Below are positions 1-9,136 of a stretch of 64,000 bases of DNA, piece after piece. The translations under genes and the position numbers were made by a program. Origin of the DNA: Hamiltosporidium tvaerminnensis FI-OER-3-3. Taxonomy: Eukaryota; Fungi; Microsporidia. The notes under the pieces were generated by a model. It was not told the origin of the DNA, made no database searches, and was given only the letters and a program-made list of their open reading frames with translations. How positions within the stretch are numbered: the first letter of the stretch is position 1; each line of letters opens with the position of its first letter. The stretch is taken from contig JAKIMF020000001.1 in the NCBI GenBank assembly GCA_022605425.2, positions 2,617,471 to 2,681,470 on the forward strand, read 5' to 3'.

Positions 1-16
1 ACCAAAACAAACTACT

Positions 17-46
17 AAGAAACCAAGAAACCAAGAAACCAAGAAA
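17..46. repeat. Short tandem repeat (AAGAAACC) x3.75
   Basis: Exact 8-bp units at 17, 25 and 33, partial unit at 41. Confidence 0.85.
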
Positions 47-84
47 AATAAATTTTTATAAACACATTTAAAATATTAGAATAT

Positions 85-1386
85 CTATATATCAATACCA
101 TGTTCATTTACAACACGAGAAGTACTTTCAAATTCAGTAATGTTACTTTCCATATCAACGTATTGTACATTACTTTTATTTTTTCGTAAATGTACATGAA
201 TAATTGGTGCAGTAGATCCATGCATTATAACACTACTTAATACAACACACTGTACTAAAGGAACCAAATCTAAAAAATCAGGAAGTTTTTGTTTTGCAAA
301 ATATGCAAAGAATATTGCACCTACACCCATCGGTCCATACCAACCAGCAAAAAATGCTTCACGATTGCAACGCAGCTCAGGAACAAATTTTCTAAAAATA
401 AAAAATAATGGAAGTCTTCGAAATAAAATTATAAGAAAAGCACACCACCAATATTCTGCCTTGAAATCTGTAAATGGAAGAATCGATCCAAATAATACAA
501 AATATGACAAATTTATCAATAAATCAATGACATCTAAAAGATGTGAATCTTTTACATCTTTTAAAAATGATTTGTCCCAAGAAAAAACCATTCCACAAAT
601 AAATGCAGCCACAATATCATCAGAATCTATCAAAGCAGTAAATCCTGTTACAGTCACTGCCAATGCAATAATAAAAACAAGAAAACTTTCTTTATCTATA
701 AGATTTCTAGCCTTGCTCGCTTTTAATAAAATTCTTCCAAAATATCCAAAAAAAACACCAATCGCAATCGCAAGAAATATTTCATAAACCCACGTATGAT
801 ATGTCCATTTTTTTAAAGCTTCAAAAACACTTGAATGTGTCAATAAATATATTGGCAATGTCAAAAGTGGAAATCCAAGTCCATCATTGGCTCCAGATTC
901 AACAGTCAGTAAATTTCTTAAATGTACTGGAATATATCTGTTTGCAAACTTTCCTTTCAAAACGGTACTGGCTAATACAGGATCAGTAGGAGTTACACAT
1001 GCTCCAATAACTAAACTTTTTAAAAAAGATAATTTGGTAACCAAACATATGATTCCAGAGCTTATAAGCCATGTTAATACCATAAGAGGAAATAACAACA
1101 CAAAAAGACTCTTCCATTCTTTTCTAATATAACTTTTTGGAACAGCAATTCCAACAGCAACAACTTGTAAACTTATAACGAGTCTAGAAAATTGAAACAT
1201 AAAATCATCAGAAAGGCTGGGCGCAATATTAATTTTATTCAGAACACTGGGACCATAAAAAATTCCTATTGCAGTTGCAAGTAGTGTTTCACTCAAATAA
1301 AGTTTTTCTTTGACAAATAAAGAAACCAAACCAAAAAGTAAAATGAAGGCAGAAACAAGTGAACAGGCCAAAATAAATCCGTGCAT
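85..1386 (-). CDS. NHA1: Plasma-membrane Na+(K+)/H+ antiporter, CPA1 family, fungal Nha1/Sod2 type
   Basis: 433-aa ORF with many hydrophobic segments and Nha1/Sod2 signature motifs ACVTPTDPVLAS, ESGANDGLGFP, RRLP and GWYGPMGVGA. It lacks the long hydrophilic tail of yeast Nha1. CCCC motif just upstream of the ATG. Confidence 0.93.
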   Translation of the reverse strand: MHGFILACSLVSAFILLFGLVSLFVKEKLYLSETLLATAIGIFYGPSVLNKINIAPSLSDDFMFQFSRLVISLQVVAVGIAVPKSYIRKEWKSLFVLLFPLMVLTWLISSGIICLVTKLSFLKSLVIGACVTPTDPVLASTVLKGKFANRYIPVHLRNLLTVESGANDGLGFPLLTLPIYLLTHSSVFEALKKWTYHTWVYEIFLAIAIGVFFGYFGRILLKASKARNLIDKESFLVFIIALAVTVTGFTALIDSDDIVAAFICGMVFSWDKSFLKDVKDSHLLDVIDLLINLSYFVLFGSILPFTDFKAEYWWCAFLIILFRRLPLFFIFRKFVPELRCNREAFFAGWYGPMGVGAIFFAYFAKQKLPDFLDLVPLVQCVVLSSVIMHGSTAPIIHVHLRKNKSNVQYVDMESNITEFESTSRVVNEHGIDI

Positions 1387-1390
1387 TTTA

Positions 1391-1394
1391 GGGG
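1391..1394 (-). promoter_or_regulatory. Microsporidian CCC start-proximal motif of the antiporter
   Basis: Minus strand reads AATTA-CCCC-TAAA-ATG. CCC motifs near the ATG are an established microsporidian transcription signal. Confidence 0.7.
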
Positions 1395-1534
1395 TAATTC
1401 ACTCTTTTATTAAATAAGTCTGGTCTTTTAAAAATTTATAAATTGATTGATTTATAAACGATAGAAATATTTCCGATAAAAGAAATCTATTAAGATTAAA
1501 TCATTTTTAATATTTTTTATGATAAAAATTCTTA

Positions 1535-1715
1535 TAAAATGTTGTAAAATTATATTAAAATGTTGTAAAATGTTGTAAAATTATATTAAATGTTGTAAAT
1601 TTCTAATAAAACGTGGTAAAATTCTAATAAAATGTTGTAAAATTCTTTTAAAATTTCTTATAAACTCCTATAATTTCTTACAAATTTCTTACCAAACTCC
1701 TATAATTTCTTATGA
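1535..1715. repeat. Degenerate 10-11 bp minisatellite (TAAAATGTTG / TAAAATTCTT variants)
   Basis: Repeated TGTTGTAAAA units grading into AATTTCTTA/AAACTCCTAT units, about 150 bp upstream of the antiporter start. Confidence 0.75.
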
Positions 1716-2048
1716 AATATCGTTAAAAATTTCTTTTAATTACAAATTTATAAATCATAGAATAGATTTACTATATTAGAAATATAAAAACTATATTTTT
1801 TTCTTAGAATATTCCTTTTAAAATTAAATTTAAGAAAGTAATTTAGTTTTTCTAAAAATATTAAAAAATATTTGAACTATAAAAATCATAAATATAAAAG
1901 AATTAAATAGATTTTAATTAAAATTTAATATATAAAACTGTAATATTTAATGATGCATAAAAAATTAAAAAAAAACTAAGAATATACTAAATTATAGATT
2001 TAAAAATCTGCAAGTTATAATATAGAATAAAAAATTCTTATTGTTTAT

Positions 2049-2241
2049 AATTAAAGATTTTAAAGAAATATTAAATCATATTTATAGGTTTTGATTAAAG
2101 AAATACTGCTTGATATCAAATTAAAGATTTTAAAGAAATATTAAATCATATTAATAGGTTTTGATTAATGAAATACTGCTTGATATCAAATTAAAGATTT
2201 TAAAGAAATATTAAATCATATTAATAGGTTTTGATTAATGA
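2049..2241. repeat. 70-bp tandem repeat, about 2.7 near-identical copies
   Basis: TTAAAGATTTTAAAGAAATATTAAATCATA recurs at 2051, 2121 and 2191. Units differ at only about 2 positions. Confidence 0.95.
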
Positions 2242-2455
2242 GAGATACTAATAAACCGGAATATGTAGTACGTTTTCTGATAAAAGTAAAATAATTCCAT
2301 TATAAAGTTTTATTTTTTCAAAAAAATTATGAAATTAAATAAATTTTTTATGATCAAAGAAAAAGAATTTGGCATTGAAAAAAATATATAATTTTAAGTG
2401 ATATAAACGAAAAAAAGAACTTTTTGAAATTACATTGTATTTGTAATTTATTAAA

Positions 2456-2506
2456 AGATTTAAAAATGGTAAAAGATATTTTAACCTAGAATTTTATTAA
2501 ATACAA
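2456..2506 (+). mobile_element. 51-bp extreme 5'-truncated insertion of the R4-like retroelement (3' UTR only)
   Basis: TAAAAATGGTAAAAGATATTTTAACCTAGAATTTTATTAAATA matches the element 3' end at 26762-26804. Flanked by an exact 13-bp direct repeat GTAATTTATTAAA (2443-2455 and 2507-2519). Confidence 0.85.
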
Positions 2507-3851
2507 GTAATTTATTAAATATTTTACATTTTTAAATCTTTATATATAATTTTAAAGAAGAGTGATTTTAAAGAAATAATTTGAAAATAAAATCTGTTTT
2601 TGAAAAAGAATATAAATTTTTACAGATTAAAATGAGAGAATAAAAAATTAGGAATAAATATATGAGAGTGTGAAAATATTTAGAAAATATTTTACAAAAA
2701 CATAAATCTAGTTATATTGAAAGATTATAGAATGTAATTATATAAAGAACCATTAAATTTAAAAATAAAATTCACCACTGTTTGATTAAAGATTTAGTTA
2801 AAATTGCTCGAACAGTTTAATTTACTCGATATAATACGTCTTTCGACTTAGCGATATAGAAAATAAATTACATATTGCTTTAAAAGTAAAATATTAAATT
2901 TTAATACAAATAGATTCTTATATTTATACAAGAAGAAAAAAATAAATTTCAGGAAAGTAGAAATTTTCGCTAAAAAAAAGGTTTGGAAAGGAAAAGTAAA
3001 TTTAAAGAAAAAATAAATTCTATAAAAAATTTATCTGATATGCCTAGATTCCTACCTATGGTGGTAAACATCAAATTTAAATATTAATAATTCATAAAGT
3101 CAGTCATATGTTGGATACCGAAATAAATAATAAATATTTCATTGAGAAAATATAAAAAATTACGTTAGAAGAGAAAACTTCATATAAAATGGAATTTTTG
3201 TCATATTAATTTTGGTTGTTGAGTTTTATACATCTTCTGTTTTGACAGACTAGTCTATTATATTTGCATTCATATACATATTATGGGTAAAAGCTTTGAA
3301 TTATATCATTTTATAGACATATTTAGTTTCATTAATTGCAGTATTTTTCTGTATAATACCACCCTCCTTGTCTGCCTCAATATGTCGGCTGATATATAAT
3401 TTTCAAAACTCTCGGATTTTATTATGACACACCCGAGACATTTTCTTAGCTCTCATCATCAATTGGTCATAAAACAAATTTCTTCATCAACAAAATGAAA
3501 TCTTTTAAACAAATGTTTGGATAATTATTGATTAATTAATCTTGATTTTTACAAATATATAGAGCTTCTTAAGTTATATCTTAATATATTTACTTACAAT
3601 ACCATCTCGTTATTCAATTAAAATATTTTAAATAAATGTGCGTTTTAAAACCAACCCCTCTCCACTATGTTAATACCTGTGAATTTTATTCTGAGTAAAA
3701 GTATAATCTCGAAGATAATTGAAACTGTTAACATATATGAGATCTAAAAAATATATTTTTTTGTCTTCCTTTAGAGAGATAAAAACCTTTTTTGCCTAAC
3801 TAAACCATTTTGAATCGAATCACGATTTTAATGAAATAACGGCATTTAGAT

Positions 3852-4073
3852 CAGCAGTTCTTAACAACGACATGCGGGAAAGTATTTTTTGGAATGCGAC
3901 AGAAGCCCCCGTCAAAAGCCTAAGCTTATACAGAAATTTTGATTATGTTTCTTTTTGCAACAAAATAAGACAACAAATTTACAAAAAATCGAAACACTTT
4001 TTCATTTGGGGGTGCAAAGATCAATTTTCAGAATCAAATGGTTCCGACCCACTTGCAAGGTTAAGAACCACTG
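3852..4073. mobile_element. hAT (Charlie/Buster-type) MITE, 222 bp
   Basis: TIRs CAGCAGTTCTTAAC and (reverse complement) CAGTGGTTCTTAAC match at 12/14. 8-bp TSD ATTTAGAT (3844-3851) / ATCTAGAT (4074-4081) fits the NTCTAGAN target of Charlie-type hATs. No transposase inside. Confidence 0.85.
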
Positions 4074-4264
4074 ATCTAGATTATATATTTCCCAAAAAAA
4101 TCCAGAAAAAAATAGATTAAAAATAATCCAAAAATCAAATCAGAAAATTTTAAAAAAATGTTCAATCTTCATTTTTCTTGCTCATTTCATGAATTATATT
4201 TATATCAGTTTTTTTTACCTTTTTTTATATATGAAACCTTTTTATTATTTTAAAGCTAAAAAGA

Positions 4265-4681
4265 TAAAAATATAAAACTTAAAAAAACCAAAAATACCCA
4301 TGAATGTAGAGGCATATATTCAGTCGATAGTACTCAAGAAGACAGTCTAAACAATCTATTCCGATAAACGGCGAGACCTTTAGTATGCTTCAAATACCGA
4401 AAAGAGCCGGGACAGTGCGTCATTAAGTGCTATTAAGAGAGCAGAGATGCATAAAAAACCAAAAACCCATCTAAAGTAAGTGAATAATGGGAAAAAACGA
4501 TGTTAAAAAGATAATAAGAAAAATATTTTATCTTTTAATATTTAGATGGCGTAACCATAGTGGAAAAACCGACAATAAACATATTTGAAGAGTTGGATAT
4601 GAGAATGAATAATGAATTGGTTGAAAAAGTGAAAAAATTATACAAAATATAATTTTTTAACCGGAAAAAAATTAAATAAAT
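4265..4681 (+). mobile_element. Decayed 5'-truncated copy of the R4-like retroelement
   Basis: AAATACCCATGAATGTAGAGGCATATATTCAGTCGATAGTACTCAAGAAGACAGTC aligns to 26411-26466 and stays collinear to the ATTAAATA 3' end. 5' boundary approximate. Confidence 0.88.
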
Positions 4682-5480
4682 GAAAGTTATAAAAAATAAC
4701 TTAACTATTAAAATAAACTTTAAAAAAGATTTGAAGAAATTTCTTTTTTTAACTTTGCTATTAATATTTTCTTAAACCGATTTTGTGTAATATATTAAAG
4801 GTGTATAATAAAGAAAATCGAGGTGACATAATAAAGTACCAATAAAGATTGTGTAAAGTTTTAGTAAGGACATCCAACAAAAACTAGCATAAGAACATAA
4901 GGACGGTTTAATTGAGGCTTAGAAATTATTAATTTAAAATTGTAAATTTGAAACCTTTGTGAGTCCGTGCTAGTGGCGTCTTTTCCTGGTTTTTAGAAAG
5001 GGGTTCGAATAATAGCAGCAAGGAAAAAATAAAAAAAAACACTTATTAAACTATAAATAAATGTACAAATAGTTATACAATAATAAGTTAATACGTGTTT
5101 TTTTGTTTTTTATACGAAGACTTAATATTATAACATCAAATTACCGAACATAAATCAACTATTCTGATGAGTTGTAATCTTAAACGTAATTTAACCGTTT
5201 GGCTGCTAAGCAATTATTGCAAGAACGCACGAAAACTGCGGGACTTATTTTCAATCGATGTTGTCAATTTTTTTTTTATATATATATTGTTTCGCACAAC
5301 TACAATGTAACAAGTGTTATTGTTAACATAGAAAAACAAGTGGTCGTTAAAAATTAAAATTTATAAAAAGATAACTTAAAGTTTATTGATTTTCTCTTAT
5401 GATCAGCACCTGAATCAATGATTTCGAATGATTCCGGCGTAGGCACTAGGTGATACATGATAACAATTGCTATCGATAAT

Positions 5481-5530
5481 ACACTAGGTAGTATCACAAA
5501 ATAATATTATTATGTGATACTACCTAGTGT
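5481..5530. repeat. 50-bp spacerless palindrome inside the piggyBac 3' subterminal region
   Basis: ACACTAGGTAGTATCACAAAATAAT|ATTATTATGTGATACTACCTAGTGT, with 24 of 25 pairs complementary. Confidence 0.92.
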
Positions 5531-5592
5531 TTTTCCAAACGTAAAGGATCGTTTTCATGAGAGTGAAAAATTCTGACTCTTACTTAAAAAAT

Positions 5593-7274
5593 TTATGTAT
5601 TACAACTATGTTTTGCCGCACAAATAGCGTGAAGACCTTTTTTACAACAAGCGCAAATAAGGTGGGATCGCTTGATCCCGCTCCTTTTGTTGCTACACAC
5701 CGCACATTGTCGTAAGTTACGACCCGGTAATTTTTCAAGCGCAAATTTATTAGTTGATGAAGATGGTTGTGTTGACACGCTATTTTTATGGTACATCCAC
5801 TCCTTTTCGATGTCGTCAATAATTTTCGATGTAAATTTGAGCCGGTTCATTTTTTTTTCAGTAGTGTTTGAAACATATAAAATATATGACTTCAGCACCA
5901 TTCTTCCAAATACGTTGAACTACTTTCTTCCAATACTCGAGGGTTCTTCGCTCGTCTAAATACACGTATAGCATTTTGTCGCACTCGTCCACACCACCCA
6001 TGTATTTATTGTAGTCATGAATCATGCTTGGTTTCATCTTTTCGTATTCAAAATTCCCTTTCTTTTTCTTGATCGTCACACTATTAGTATCCGAATTTGA
6101 TGAAATCAGTATGACTGGGTTTGGGTTGGACTTTTTGTCCCTGAAAGAGCACATCAATACATTTTCATGTGCCATGTATTTCGCTTCTCCTACGATTGCT
6201 TTCTTAGCTTCTGGAGGAATCTCTTTTCTGTTACGTCTAATTGTTCCAGTTAGATAAGTATTTTGTTTCAAAAGGGCTTTGGCCAAGCGTAAGGTTGTGT
6301 AAAAATTATCTGTAAACAGATGATAGCCCTTGAACAGATATTGCCAGTTGAAAGCAATTTTCGCGCAACCGTAAATCCAAGGCCATATTTTTGTACTAAA
6401 TCTCTGTCATCTGTATTTTTAGCTCCTTTGTAGCAAAAAAAACCCAAGCAATATTTAGAAATCGAGTCGCAAAACATCCAAAATTTTATCACCTATTTAT
6501 GGTGTTTTTTGTTTGGGATGTATTGTTTTATGGCAGAATGACAGTGAGTATCAACTAACGACTCGTCGATAGATAATTGTTGATTTGGTATATAATGCCG
6601 CTGAAATACAGTATTTGCATGTTTGACAAGCATATCAAATCTGCCGCATGGGTCATAATTCGGATGTCCTGGTTCAAATAATGACGTATTGTCAATCAAG
6701 TGAAAAAACTTCAAAATCAGTTGAAACCTATCCCTTGAAAACATTGTCCTAAACCATGGTAATTGCCGGGAACCTGTTGCCCAATAACTATCAATTGTTG
6801 GCCTTCTCGTAATCCCCATTTCGAGTAAGACTGCAATAAAGGCTTTGATTTCGTATATCGTTGTCGGCGTCCACTTTTTTGCTCGAGAATTATTCAAAAC
6901 AGTGTGCGAGGCAAAAAACTGGGTAGCATATCGATTTGTTTCCCTTACAATGGTTTCAAGGAGTGATGTGGTAAAAAATAAATTGAAATATGTTACCGGT
7001 GAAGCATCGGGGGAGGCGCACATCTAGGTCCAGGAGTCTCGAAAAAATTATTTGTTGCTTTGGAAAACACATTAGTCGGAGGAATATTCGTAAAAGTTGG
7101 TGTTTCCTCTGCTTCTGAAGATGAAGATGAGATAGAAGACTTACTTTCAATCCTCAGTCTTTTTCTTCGATGAGTTATAATAATGCTATCATCACTACTT
7201 GTGTCACCACCAATTTCACCATCCTCAGAATCGCTAGCAATCGAATCAACGTCCGAAATAATAGTTCGTGACAT
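5593..7274 (-). pseudogene. piggyBac transposase pseudogene
   Basis: ORF pieces join into one protein: acidic N-terminus, FSRDRFQLI, catalytic motifs IDESLV, TDNFYTT and YMGGVD, and a Cys-rich C-terminus (CAVC...CACC...H..C...H). Lesions: frameshifts near 7010, 6340 and 5920, and an in-frame TAG at 6493-6495 (HHK*VIKFW where WGIKFW is expected). Confidence 0.93.
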
Positions 7275-7530
7275 GGTTATATTTTTTAAATAATATATAA
7301 AAACGGTAAAAAGTTAGTTTAGAATACACTCGTGTTACAAAGTACTCGCAAGGTCAGACTACGTTCAATTCCACGGAGCAAAAAGACACACTGTGACTGG
7401 CAGCGCGAAAGCGCTGCGTCGCTGTTTTCGAGACAAATGAACGAAGCGCATTCGCGCCGCGTAGCAGTCAAACGGTTAATAGTCAATATGTTTTAGCCTA
7501 ATTATTTCTAATTGTAATAATTAAGATTTC

Positions 7531-7885
7531 TTTAATTTAATTAAATAAGAGTTATAAAAATTTTGACTCGGGTAGAATTTTTTTTCTACCTTTTTACCAC
7601 TAAAAATAAACTTCTGAATCCGAAGCTTCTTTTAGATTTATTTTCGGTTCTCAACTGTGGCTCCTACATCTGAAATACAAAGAGTGATATTCTTTGTTTT
7701 AACACGCATAAAATCATGTTACTTGACTCGGTAAGTAGTAACGGGAATGAGTTTCTTCATATATCTGGCTCTTTTAAGAACACAGTTTAACACTCTTTCA
7801 CATCTCTCTTCGGTATTTGGTTCTAACTCAATTCTTTTCATCAATGGACGAGAATTTTTCGACTGTCTTTTTATGTACTATCAAA
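7531..7885 (-). mobile_element. Decayed 5'-truncated copy of the R4-like retroelement, reverse orientation
   Basis: Reverse complement ATAGTACATAAAAAGACAGTCGAAA...AAATACCGAAGAGAGATG...AGTGGTAAAAAGGTAGAA is collinear with 26446-26804. Confidence 0.82.
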
Positions 7886-9136
7886 ATATTTTATCAGAAT
7901 AGTATCGTAATAATATTTAATATCTAATACAGATTATACTAAACACATGGCGATTCGACATTTTGAAAAAAAAATAACAGATTGAGCATTCAATCATTAC
8001 AAATATATGATTTAGTATTTTAAATTTACTATTACTAAATTTAACATAAAAAACTTAAACATGACTTAAAAACGAGATATTTTTTTGATTTATTCTACGT
8101 CTGCATATAAGTATTTTATTTTAAGCATTTATTTAGAAATAAAAATTTCAAAAGACTAAAGAGCTAGCTTTGCTGAAATTGATAAATGTAATTATTCTAC
8201 CATTAAAAGTTCTAAATAATAATAGAAATGTCATCATCTATTCTCCTTTGATATGCCAAAACACATTCACCATTTCAAGGATTTAAATTTATCTGAAATT
8301 TATAGTTTAGAGTTATTTGCTGCAATATTTTTTTTGATAAATTATATATAGATTTTATTCTAAAAAGCATATTGACTTTCTTTAAATTGTTCTACAGATT
8401 AAAGACCTCTATATTGGATTTTATTATGGATAATTCAATTTGAAGTATTTTTTTTAATATGAGATATTATTAGCAACAATATTCTTTTACAATGAAGATA
8501 CAATTATATCATAATTCGAACATCCTTGAAATATTTTTTTTACCATACAACAAAATATTTGAAAGATCAAAAAAAATTTATAAATTTTTCATTTTTGATA
8601 CTTCAGATCATTTTTAAAAAAAAAAATTAATTGCAAAAAAAATTATAAAGTTTGAATATAAAGAGAAAAAATACACAATAACAATATTTTTCATGTAAAT
8701 TGTATACCTAATATAATCTGATATTTTAAAACTATGATTTTAAAAAAATTTAAATAAATTACATTTTATATGATTTTATTACCCGGTATTAAATTTATAA
8801 AGATTTGAAATATTCAAATTATTTCTCCTTGAAAATTAGGTTTGATTATCTTAATATAATGTTATAGAAGTACAATATTGATAATAATGTTATTACCTCG
8901 AAACATGACTTTTTGTTCTATAATCATTATAACTTTCTCCGGTACTTTTTTTGGATATATCTACTTTATATCTATTTAAAATATTCTAAATTAATCGATT
9001 AAATGAAAAAATTTAGAAAACAAATTATAAAATTTAAATTTATACAATATGTATCATTAGCATTTAAAAAGCTTCTTCTCTTATATATTCACCCGTTTCT
9101 ATAAAAAAATTTAAATCTACCCCTTCACGTTAGAAA

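Larger units (their letters stand above)
5195..7475 (-). mobile_element. Full-length piggyBac DNA transposon (2281 bp), inactivated
   Basis: TTAA at 5191-5194 and 7476-7479. TIRs CCGTTTGGCTGCTA / CCGTTTGACTGCTA match at 13/14. Internal piggyBac transposase. Visibly more GC-rich than the flanks. Confidence 0.96.

Noticed and set aside
2049-2241. CRISPR-like array
   Set aside because: Units are contiguous near-identical repeats with no unique spacers, there are no cas genes, and the context is eukaryotic.
3872-4120. 82-aa ORF
   Set aside because: It runs through the hAT MITE and across its right TIR, with no recognisable motif.
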